A DNA stretch of 56,986 bases, filler included, from Sphacelaria rigidula (Eukaryota), in the NCBI GenBank assembly GCA_964200075.2. It is 6 parts of 6 records of this genome, joined end to end, with 100 filler letters (N's around TTAATTAATTAA, not from the genome) between each part and the next. Parts side by side here need not be neighbours in the genome. Positions count along the whole stretch, not along the records: positions 28,546 to 37,959 come from CAXNAA020008558.1; positions 38,060 to 47,473 come from CAXNAA020008559.1; positions 47,574 to 56,986 come from CAXNAA020008560.1; 3 more parts are not named here. The stretch is one strand, 5' to 3'. Every line of letters starts with the position of its first letter. Positions within the stretch are counted from its first letter, which is position 1. The notes below the pieces were generated by a model. It searched no databases. It had not been told where the DNA came from and saw only the letters and a list, made by a program, of their open reading frames with translations. Shown here piece by piece: positions 37,276 to 48,536 of the stretch. The position numbers and the translations under genes are program-made.

Positions 37276-37884
37276 GAAATAAGCAGGATGGCCAAGAGGG
37301 TGCCATTTTGTAGCCATCGCGCATTTTACGACTATAGCTCCAGACACACTGATCATGGCTTCACCAGCAGAGAAGAGCAGAACAATGAGTGACGTCATGC
37401 GACGCACAATCAACCATGCGAACACTACTGTGGAACATGTCCCAGAGAGAGTCTTGGGGGTCGATCTCGCAGCATCTTGGGTTTGGCAATCCGATATATT
37501 TTCGCGCACGTGAAGCAATGGTGTGGGTTGCACGTCTTGTTTCTCGGTCCCCTTCTTGTAGGAGCCCAAGTATGCGGGGCTTACTGTGCAACCCAAATCT
37601 CCGGGGATCTCACTCCCTGAAACATGGTGTTTGCACGCAGGGGCCCTTTTGTGAATCGGCATCATTTTCAGTCTTGTTTAAGTAAAAGTGATGCCGATTC
37701 TCAAAATGACCCGTCCAACGCACCGAGCAACCCCGAAAAAACGTTTTCGCAAAAAAAAGTGCAACCCCTGCCGTAGCATTACTCCGTGCCATGTTCAGAG
37801 TTACGGCAGGCAACAACAGCGACAAAATCCAGTGAGCCCCGCAGAAAAATTGAGACTGGATTCGTTCCTCCCCGCCGCACTCCA

Positions 37885-37959
37885 GTGCTCCGTCTCGAAA
37901 GGGATGCGTGGTCAATGGTCACACGACTAAGGCAAGCAACAAATGAGTACGCCCCCCCC
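37885..37959 (+). mobile_element. 5'-truncated poly(C)-tailed LINE (contig breaks in the C tail)
   Basis: GTGCTCCGTCTCGAAAGGGATGCGTGGTCAATGG...GCAAGCAACAAATGAGTACG-C8. Confidence 0.9.
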
Positions 37960-38059
37960 NNNNNNNNNNNNNNNNNNNNNNNNNNNNNNNNNNNNNNNNN
38001 NNNTTAATTAATTAANNNNNNNNNNNNNNNNNNNNNNNNNNNNNNNNNNNNNNNNNNNN
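37960..38059. other. Artificial contig-joining spacer
   Basis: Same N44-TTAATTAATTAA-N44 structure. Confidence 0.98.
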
Positions 38060-39094
38060 CTTAGAGCCTCAGGGTGGAACATGCATCCATGACCCATGAG
38101 ATAATTCCAGTCTGAGGTTCGGGCGGAGGTCACAATGTTCTCGATGGAACATTACTCTGGTGGCTCTCAGGCCGGTATTGGCCCCAAAAGTGCAGACCCT
38201 ATCGCAGCATCACTCAATTTGTTTTCGACTCGAAAACGACTCGAAAACGTACGGTGGAATCGAATTTGCTCGTACCTGATACGTCCACGGCATCCATCTT
38301 GTCAACCAGATGAGAAAATGAACAGCGTGGACGAATCAGAAACGAGCGAATTCGATTCGACCGCACGTTCTCGACACGAAAATAATTCGATAAGACACGG
38401 CCTCAGACTCAGAAGAATGCAAGGTTCTCTACGACTTACTTGGATGCGACTTGTGCTCGTAGGGAACATTTGTTGTTTTTAGGGTTTGCAGTTTCAAGTG
38501 TTCCACCATTTTCTGTGAGAGCATTGTTTTTCGTGTATTCGAGTTCCCAATGTCCAAAATCGGGAGGGTATTGATCATGTGGTAATTTGACTCATGGGAA
38601 ACAGCGTGAGATGCAAGAGCGTAAGTTCCAGTATACTGTTCCGAGATTGTTAGTAGAAAAGTACGGCGGATTACCCGACGATACGGACTGGCACTAGGAA
38701 TGATGTTGGTCTCGTTTTACTTCTCAAAGTGACAAGGAACAAACGTAGAGTTGTCTTGAGGTGTGCTGTGCGTTCTCAATTGGAAGAAATAAGGGACATT
38801 TGTCATAGCTTACGGAGGAGCAGATGAAGGTGCACGTCCGCACCTCTCACCCCTCTGTGACCAGTGTGTGTATTTTCCTCTCTTCTGACAAACCTTCGTT
38901 TGATCGACTACCATTTCGACTACTGGAGTTGTGCAAGCTGCCTTCTATTTTCTGATTAAGCAGTCGGTGCTGCTTGAACCGTTGGGTGCTCGAAGTATAT
39001 CGACAAAGCGCTTGACAAAAACAAAAACTGAGAAATGAAGCATTGTTGGGAAAGGATGGCACAGCCATTTGCTATTTCGTAGCTTTTCCCTCTC

Positions 39095-39098
<4 letters not shown>

Positions 39099-39163
<65 letters not shown>
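39099..39163. repeat. (CT)n microsatellite
   Basis: Direct reading. Confidence 0.97.
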
Positions 39164-39164
<1 letters not shown>

Positions 39165-39269
39165 AAGCACCCTAATATTTTCATTCAGGACTATTTTCTA
39201 CCGTGGAACGCAAGCGCAACTGTCGTCTCACTCCATGGGTGTTCCTGTGATTGTCACGCTTTCAGCCCC

Positions 39270-39575
39270 GCCGCTTCTTTCAGACGAGTCTGTGGTCGCT
39301 AAGGAATCGATCCATCTCTCCCGCGGCACACGCCTTACATTTTGGTTCCAGGGATTGGATCATGACTATCGGCACTCCCGCACCGCGTTCACTCTCGTCC
39401 AACAGACTCAAGATATTCAAATTACTTTTTTGCTACTCAGGTGCTCGCGATTTTTACGAGGGAAATCAGACGCTTCGAAGAGAAATCCAAACTACACACA
39501 TTTACCGGGCATCGAGCCCAGGAGTTTTCGGGCATAATGACTTTAACCGTACAGTTATACCACCGCGGTGCGGTG
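39270..39575 (-). mobile_element. SINE-like family B copy
   Basis: Homologous to 23865-24065. The minus-strand 5' part has A/B-box-like GGTGGTATAACTG ... GGGCTCGATGCCC. Confidence 0.65.
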
Positions 39576-41206
39576 AGGTCTTGCATGTATCCACGAAAAC
39601 ACGGCTCTCAAGCGGGGTTGACTGCCTTACGAAATACATGGTATTGATCCATTGGGAAATATGCACAAATCTACAACATGCTGAACCGACCAATTGATGC
39701 CATTTCCCTACCCACGGACAAGAAGAACCTGTCTTGTTCAGACCGAGTTCGTTCTCATGGAAGCATGGGCAACGTGGACAAGGTGCCCCCTACAGTCACA
39801 AACTCATGCGCGAAGCAACAATACCACAACCCGCCAGACATGCATCTTCGCATCCATCCTTGATGAATAGATTGTGACCCGAACGGCAACGTGTGAAATC
39901 CCACCTATTCCACACACTAGCCCTTCTCCTTCCCACGCTGCATCTCACAATATCCTATTAAAGTAAGAAGTCTTCGCCATCGCCTGCAAACGGTTGCACT
40001 GCTGTCAGCGTCGGTCGTAGTGTAGCATCAGACTGAAGGCGACGTGCACACAAACGCACTTGTTCACATACATTGAATACTTGATTCATCGACACCCAAC
40101 ATGTGCCCACAATCAGTGCCGCCTCATCCAATTCCAGAGAAAACACGACTCCTTCTATTTCCCTACTGTTTATATTAGTCATGGGAGTGTGAGCACAAAC
40201 TACTCTTACCCCCATTCCCTGTGCATCGTCTTGTGATTTGCTGCAAAAACGTGCAGCGAATCACTCAACACACTCAAATACGTTTTACGGGCGCACCCAA
40301 TGAAATCACAAACCAAAGGTCTACAAGGGATGGGCAGAAAAAAGCTCGTACATGCACGTAGTGCCAACTCTGCCACACTCGTTTTGTTCACCATGCGTTC
40401 GAGCACGATGTGTTCGTACACTCCGACCGCCCACAGCGAGTCGCGTGCAGCACCTTTGACCGTGGCCATGTATCTGCGAAATATACAATGATAGGTCCGG
40501 GGTGGGCACAGAGATGTGAAGTGCACAGCAGTTCAATGTACGGCAGACAGTCGACGAGATCATGCAAAGGTAGAGCGTTGATATCAAACCAGGAGATTTC
40601 ACGACCAAAGTGTGTCGTAATTGCTCCTCGAAGTTGAGAGGGGGCTGGGTGGGGAAGTAAAAGAGTAAAGTAACGACCAACCATATCCGTTTATGTAACC
40701 GGCCCCTATTTCAGCGCAAATATGACCTCGGCATTGCAACTCACTGTTCCGACTGTGTGGGAGCACCAAAACGGTTCCTGATACGAAACACTGCCCGTGT
40801 ACTGTAGTGTATGGCTTGTAGTAGTCGAATGGATTGCTACCACTATCCAGGGGAAACCCCAACAGAGAAAGGGTTACGGGAAATTTATCGTGATCACTGT
40901 TTGCATGCACGAGAGAAACGAGGGAGCACGAAAAATCAGCCCGCCGTACAAGGATCGTAACAGCCCGCCGTACAAGCATCGTAATCGAAGATCAGCAAAA
41001 TTATGTAACACACAAGACGAGTGCTTCATACACAGTTACCTACGGCAAGGTCCTATTTGATTGATCCAATTTAGAAATGGGGTATATGGGTATATCTGAT
41101 TACATCCCTTAAATGTACGCTTTGAACCTACACAATATTCGCGAAAACCAGTTCAATGTATATCAAAACTAGTTCTTGGCGTGACGCTCACAAGTCATTT
41201 ATCACC

Positions 41207-44104
41207 TTAGATGCAGCACAGTTCGTCGGTGCAGCCCGAAAGAGGGCAATCGTCCCCGGTGCACGTAGAGTCGGGGCACTTGTCGCCATTAGTCTCGGGG
41301 TTGGGGATTTTGCCGGGAGGGCACGCATGGCCCCAGCAAAAGGCAGCGCAGCACTCCTCCAGGGTGCAACCGGTCGTGGGGCACTCGTCGTTCACCGTTT
41401 CAGGGTCGGGGATGTACGGTCCGGGGCAAGCGTAGCCCCAGCAGAAGAAGTCGCAGCATTGCTCGGTGGTGCACACTCCGTCTGTGCACGGAACGTTCGA
41501 TGCATCCGGAATCGGGATCGATCCGGGAGGGCACGGGTAGGCGCTGCACACGGGGGTCGCTGTTGATGGTGGTAGTGGTTATTGATAGCGCAGGTGTTTT
41601 TGTCGCCGTCGTTTGTTCCGGAAATCACGTAAACATGATAAAGGCAGAGGGGCGGCGAGCACACGGCAAAAGTGACGGTCAGTCGAGTAGAGTATGAGCG
41701 ATTGCGAGTGTCTTGAATTAATCGCAACCCAGTTCATTATTATTATTATCCTTGTTATTATTATTATTTCCGTTCAACTGGTTGTAATCCGAGCATGCGT
41801 GGAGTCGTGACGTAAACGACTGTCAAGTCAGGGAGATGGGTGCTGGTTAGGTACGAACACATGCCAGAGACTCATATGAGTAGACTTCGCCGTTGAGAGA
41901 GATATCGCGGGCGTGCAGGCACCTCGAGGAAAGGAAACGGCGGATAAACAAGTGTTTTCCGTAGGCTAGGTGCTGGTTACCCTCTTGTCATCTTACGGAC
42001 GCGCCTCATCGCCCCCATGCACCCTTCAGGACACACAAGCGGCATCGGTACCCGAAAAATGCTTTGGTGCATGCTCTCGTTACTAGCATTGGGTTACAGG
42101 ACGGTGCTGTGAGAAAACAGACATCGTTGCGCCGAGAACACTGCCGAGAAGTAGTATAATGAGAGATAATAACACGAAAACGTGGAAGTGGCGGTATCGC
42201 GTTGACAACGACCTCTCGGGCACAAAATACACCAGCGCTGTGGTGCCAAGGGACACATACGTATGATAAAACACAACACAAAAGTAACCGGATAAAGCCG
42301 CACACAAAACATATACGGGTACTTTGTATCGAGATTCACTTACGGACGGTGCAGCACAGATCGGGCGTGCAACCATCCTCGGGTGGGCACTTCTCGTTGA
42401 CGGTCTCCGAACTGAGATAGCCGATGGTGCATTGGAAGCCCCAGCAGTAGAAGTCGCAGCACTGTTTGATGGTGCAGATCCCGTAGTCGCATTCGGTCGA
42501 ACCCGCGTCCGCAATAGGGATACCGCCGGGGCAGTCAACGCTACTGCAGTAAACCTGATATCAGCGTGAGGGAGGGGTACGGGGTACGAGCGGCCGTAGA
42601 TAGGTGACTTTTTACATGCATTCTTTGCAATTTTTGCTACTACTCCGTGTCATTGAGCAAAGTAGCTATTTCTCCCGAAATGTACTTGGATCGCCTGCAG
42701 TGGCAGCTAAGAACGGAAGCTCGTCGCTGCACTTCTACTTTCCACTCTTAAATACTGCATGTTTTGCAAGTGTTGATGTTGATAAAATATTTTTTTCATA
42801 CCCCCAGCTTCTTCGGGACTAGCCCATTATCTGAAGGGATCAAGCCATCTCTCCCTCGGTAGATGCCTGGCACGTTGGCATCACGGATTCGATCGCCACT
42901 CCTGCACCGCGCTGACGTCAGTCAAATTTGCTTCGATACTCACAGCGTCACGTTTCCAACGACGGAAATCAGATACTTCTCAGAGAAGTACCGGATCTAC
43001 CGGGTTTTGAACCCTCGACTCTGCCGTAAGTAGTTATGAAGGGCGTTCCAATTTGGCGGCGGGGGTGCGAAGATGGTGAAAATTAAAAATCGGGTTTGCA
43101 AACTTCGGGGACAGTTGAGAACAAAGCTTCACAGGACTAGACGGATAAGATGGGACGCTAGGCCAGGCTGCAACGTGTTTTACTGCGGGATTGACTCTAC
43201 TTGGCGAACTTGTGGCTTAGGTTTGTGGATCAACTCACACCTGTCTTTAAATCAGCGACAAACAATGTAATGTCTGCGGTACTTCTTTACCCACTTCCCT
43301 CTAGGCCTCTCCTTCAATCAAGCTACTTGCCAATCTTCTATGGACAGACTAATCTAGAGAGAAGGGCACAGCAATCGACGCTTCGAAATCTTAACATAGA
43401 CCGGTGGAGGCTTTCGCAGTGTTACTAGATAGACATTTGTGGGTATATACAGCAGATGCATGTCCGGCAAACTTTCAACCCCTCCGCTTCCGTGGTGTGC
43501 GAAGGGATCAACTCATCTTTTCCCTGGTGCATGACTCGAATATTTTTATCGCACTTTGGGTCAGCACTCCCGCACCGTGTCGACCCTCGTCGAGTAAACT
43601 ACCTCCTGTGCTGCTCACGTTCTCACGTCTTACTCTACGGAAAACAAGCACTGCTCAGAAAAAAACAAACGAATTGGCCGGGGGTCGACCCATCGTCCAC
43701 CCTGACTGGTTTCACTCGTACCACTTCAACTGAGACCACCAGTACGCAGCTACGAATACATGTATATAAATTTGGTTCCAAGTAGCCCCTGCATGTGTTA
43801 TGGTAACTTGAAGGAATGACGATGAACTATGAGTGCTTGACGCTGGTCCAAAGTACACACATACAACACAAGGGCGTGAAACCATCGTGATTTTGCCTCC
43901 CCTACCTCTCCGTCTCGAAAGGGATGTGTGGTCAATGGTCGAACGACCAAGTCAAGCAACAAATGAGTACGCCCCCTTCCCTCTCCCTCTCTGCAGATAA
44001 ATTGGCTTTTTGATGACTGCGAGTAGAGCGATCACGACTCCTCACCGGTGCTTCGACAATCGTCCCGGAGTCCACCTGAGCGCGCCTTCTAACGTGATCG
44101 CCTC
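41207..44104 (-). CDS. Cysteine-rich repeat protein (six-Cys, ~32-aa repeats), 3' three exons
   Basis: Exon 44104-44046: GDHVRRRAQVDSGTIVEAP. Exon 42554-42344: VYCSSVDCPGGIPIADAGSTECDYGICTIKQCCDFYCWGFQCTIG...CPPEDGCTPDLCCTV. Exon 41559-41207: TPVCSAYPCPPG...CTDELCCI*. All GT-AG with matching phases. The first exon was not found. Confidence 0.88.
43480..43740 (-). mobile_element. SINE-like family B copy (diverged)
   Basis: AAGGGATCAACTCATC and GCACTCCCGCACCG shared with other copies. Minus-strand GGTGGTCTCAGTTG (A-box-like) and GGGTCGACCCC (B-box-like). Confidence 0.6.
43907..43980 (+). mobile_element. 5'-truncated poly(C)-tailed LINE
   Basis: CTCCGTCTCGAAAGGGATGTGTGGTCAATGGTCGAACGACCAAGTCAAGCAACAAATGAGTACG-C5, with C/T-rich flanks on both sides. 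Confidence 0.88.
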
Positions 44105-45927
44105 CTGCATGGTCAAATAAAAACAACGGTGCGGCGCGGACTAGGGTATGAGAATACAAACAGTAGTAGCAGTTGGAGACTGAAAGTGCCGCTGAAATGT
44201 ATCAGGCTCCTTGATACGTTTATAATACGGTGTAAACAAACGACACGTTGCCACGAACAAGTGGCAAGACATGTATCAGGCTCGTGCAGGCACTGGACTG
44301 CATCATCTGATCCTCCACCTGCTGAATTGCTGAACTGCTGGGGAGTGAAGAAAATGAATGCGAAACACCGTACTTTTTCGACCGGGAAATAAATTATCAA
44401 GCCACCGCCTCAGACCTCGTCAAATGTCAGGTCTCGTAAATGGCAGTGCTCATCAAGTATCACATCTTGTCAAGTATCAGATCTCGAAAACTGCCGTATA
44501 GAGTCAAATCTGATTCAAATTTTCCCATTTTTGATATATACACCCCAGAAGAGCCCGAGGGATGCAATGGTGGATCAGATATCGTATGCCTGTTATCAGC
44601 GGTGGACGCCCTGTCACACGCGCTACCGTGGCCGCTACCTATCTCCCACCCATGCAAGTGCCGTGGCGTAGGCCTTGAAACTTGTCTTGAGAGAACACAT
44701 CAGCAATCACGCTGCTGAAAGTCATAGTTTTCCTCTTGGCCGAGCCTGTTTCCACTTTCTGTACAGAGAGTATACCACTGTGCGTGAACAAACCGAGCGT
44801 GCTGTGGACTCGGCGCCTTTTTTACGCTTATATGGCCGTAGTCCTTCATGCGCCGAGCGCAACACACGCGGCCATTCGGCTACCCCCCAAAATACTCTGT
44901 TTCGGTCAACTTTTCGAGCCTCCAAAGGAATTAAACGCCTCCAGAGGGTGCGCGGCCCTCCAGAGGGGTGGGATCAAACGCCCTCATGGGCTTGTTTTGC
45001 CTGTGGAGGGCCACGCATCCCTCCGAGGGAATTTCGCGGCCCTCCAGAGCACCATCTTTGTTGTTACTCTCGAGGGATTCAGACCTCAGAAGTCAGTGGA
45101 GCATCAGATATCCTCCAGTGGATTCGTTCATGACCGCACCTGGAGATCAAACACCCTCCAGAGAGTATTTTACCCTCGACAGGATGAAAGCCGCGATAGA
45201 GGGTTTTTTATGGCGGCAGCGGAATGACCGCGTGTGAATGCGCCAGCAGACGCCAGCCACCAGCGCGAGAGCACCGGGGGCGTCAGTACTCATTATATGC
45301 AAGCACTATATCTGCACCTTCAACGCCACAAAGACAACATGGTGTTGAACGGGTGCGGTCAATGCTTCCGCTGGAAGGTCATGATGTCCCGAACCTAAAA
45401 GGGTCCGCTCGATTCCGCGGCATGTTCGATCGAGCTGTTCATACAGAGCAAACACACACCTCGAAAATGACAAGGATGCCTTTAGACCGCGAGGTGGTCG
45501 GTGTAGCCCTTTGGGAAGATGAAAGAGTACGGCCCACGCAACTACACTGGAGCTGGTGGTTTGAGAGCATTTTAGGCTCGGGGTCCTGTATACAAAGATA
45601 TCTTTCTCATGAACGGACCTAGGGCATCTGAGACAATCATAAGCGTGGCTGCCAGAATATTTCATGCGTGAATGGTCTCATTTGGCCCTGAGGGCCACTT
45701 CCACCGGGTATTTTCTTCTGCAGATTTTGTCATATGTGCAATCTCACCAAATGTCATAAACAACGTCTCCACTTTTTTGCACCAACAAGCGCCCAAAGGT
45801 GTCAAATATTTGCATTTGGTCTACTGAAATTTGCAGCCTTCGGACGTTTGTCAGGTGAAAAAGCGGGGGAGTCTATCGGCGAGATACGATATTTGGAGAG
45901 ATTCACACACGCAAAAGTGCCTGCTAG

Positions 45928-46060
<133 letters not shown>

Positions 46061-46349
46061 ATGCCCATATGAGACCCAGATATATATTGTACCCATGTGG
46101 AACCCCCATCTGAGATGACCACATCCCAGATAGATCTAATTCCAAATGAGCATCACCTGGATGTGATATCCCATCCCAGACGCAGGTTGCATAATTATAG
46201 AGGATCCTAATGTGCGCTGTTCTCTAGCAGCAAATTGGAAATAGCTGTACAACCGTGCTGTACGGTAATTGCAGCCCCAACGAGCATTTTGCTAAAAATA
46301 TGGATATGGTGCTATTTCAACTTCCGAATCGAACATCGCTTGGACCACT

Positions 46350-46770
46350 CACGGCACTTTATTTTACAAATTGCAGGTGGATTCGTTCAGGACGATGGGC
46401 TTTGGGAAATCTTCATGCGCATCGGAGGTTTTCAATAAAAAATGGAAATTCACTCTCTGGCCGTGATGTGTGACCTTTTTGTTAGTCCTGGAGAGAAAAA
46501 TCCATCAGCAGTTTGGAACATCCCGTGTTTATTCCGAATAATTCCCTTTTCCGTTCATTCCCGTACAAGAAAGTCGTTCCCAGTTTTCAGAAACCGTTGT
46601 AGATATGGAATCCTGGGAATTGCGGATTGTTTTTTTTTCAGGACGAGCGAGGCCACATATCACGGCCGGAGAGTACATTTGCATTTTTCCGAAAATATTT
46701 CGATGCTCATGAAGGTTCCCAGGGCCTCTCAAAATAAAGTCCACCAGCAATTTGATAATCCCGTTTCAGA
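46350..46770. mobile_element. Fold-back MITE-like palindrome
   Basis: Inverted pairs CAAATTGCAGGTGGA / TCCACCAGCAATTTG, TTCATGCGCATCG / CGATGCTCATGAA and CTCTCTGGCCGTGATGTGTG / CACATATCACGGCCGGAGAG. Confidence 0.72.
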
Positions 46771-47473
46771 CAATATAGTATACGTAAAACAGCACAACGT
46801 TCAGTCTAGCTCAGTGCACTTTAGATTTGTGGACAAGTACAGGCAGTCAGTGAAGCACAGGCATTACAACACAGGCAAGTTTTGTGAATAGTTCAAGAAA
46901 GCGTGCGGCGGATTTGCCACCCCTTCGTGTGCAGTTTTGGTCGCGAACCTGGGGAATGAAGTGAGGATCGTTCCCAGCTTTCCTCATATTATCCCTGCAC
47001 TAGTTGCGTTTTACTCTGGAAATAACATTTTCGATAACAAAACACGTGCCGTAGACGTTGTGGAAAGCGAGGACGATTTTATTCTTCCTTCACTTCTACC
47101 TGGCATTATTATTTCTGGCTTCCTTCTCAAGTTCATACCTTACGCTTCTGACTTCCCCCTCTCCGGCGCTTGCGGAAGGTTTTCGTGCGACGAGCATATA
47201 TATTATACTAATTAATTTCCCACGTGATCTGAAAGGATATTCACCCATTCACTCGCGGCGCTTGATTCAAGCTGAACTTCAAGTGGTATCTACGTTCATT
47301 CACAGCGTCATCCTATTCCCCCCCACCTACTGTAAACGATCTCATCACGGTAAACCGTGAAAAAAGGTCAGTCAGCGAACTCCGCCGACAACAACAAATT
47401 GTGCGAATTAATTGAGGTTTAACTCCGAGATGAGGTTCAAGCCTAAAACCGTGCTTTCCCCACACTTTCAGCG

Positions 47474-47573
47474 NNNNNNNNNNNNNNNNNNNNNNNNNNN
47501 NNNNNNNNNNNNNNNNNTTAATTAATTAANNNNNNNNNNNNNNNNNNNNNNNNNNNNNNNNNNNNNNNNNNNN
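47474..47573. other. Artificial contig-joining spacer
   Basis: Same N44-TTAATTAATTAA-N44 structure. Confidence 0.98.
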
Positions 47574-47678
47574 CCCCTCCCCACAAATCCCGGCTGCTCC
47601 TACGGAAGCTTCTGGTCCTGTCATTTGGGGAAGAGACGGCGACCTAAGTCGGCGTTTGCGTTTTGACCATATAAGTCA

Positions 47679-48180
47679 GTCGCCCCGGTGGCTCAGTAGG
47701 TAACCTCGAAACCTTCTGAAGGTTGGGATGTGGGTTCGAATCTCGGTAAAGTCACACCATCTGGGAATTTTTCGCACATCACGCCGAACAGTGAAGAGTA
47801 ACGATGTCGTGGGTATACAAAGGTCGACTTTACGGTTGACGAGGGACAGGGATCGCTGAACCCCTCTCACGGTAAGAAGTACGGCGAGCGCCGCAGAAGG
47901 AAGGTGGAGTGCAAAAAAACAAAATCCTGCGTTGACCTTCGTCCTCCGTGAACTCGGCGGATGCACATATACCGAATGGGGTAGACCGGCGTTCAGAATG
48001 AATGAGACGACGAAAACCCAACATACATAGGAAAGGAGTACTAAAAACAAAGTTGATGAAGAAAAAAACTTCTGGGTTGACCTTCCTCCCCTGTGAACTA
48101 GGCTGATGCACATATACCGACAGTTGTAGACCGACGTTCAGAATAAATAGGACAACAAAAAGAAAAAAGGAGAAAAAACT
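47679..48180 (+). mobile_element. tRNA-derived SINE family A, copy 2, with duplicated 3' body
   Basis: A box TGGCTCAGTAGG and B box GGTTCGAATC (47733-47742). The segment GTTGACCTTC..GTGAACT.GGC.GATGCACATATACCGA..GTAGACC.. occurs twice. Confidence 0.82.
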
Positions 48181-48536
48181 CGACAGTACCGCCTGCTCAA
48201 CCATGATTGGCTTTTGCGATCGTGTCAGTCAATGCAGAGAACTCGAAAGAAGCTTGTTCTAACACCGACCAGTCTTATTAGCGGCCATTCATGCCTACGC
48301 TAGGGTTATTCTACAACAACCAACACGACCATCAAAAATCGGATTCTCATAACACAAGGCAACGGGCGCCAACAAGGTAAGGACGCAATTCGAACAATGG
48401 TGCGAAAATACACTGGAGCTGAGAACGGGCAAGCAATAACGCGGGGAAAGAATAATCAAACAAGTCATACAGCAGCAAAAACCTCAACAACATCTTCTCG
48501 CTATACTATCATCGCTCTCCGAGCCCTCCGGCGTAC

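Noticed and set aside
47679-47755. tRNA gene
   Set aside because: It has A/B boxes but no acceptor-stem pairing, and continues into a body shared with 35776, so it is a SINE head.
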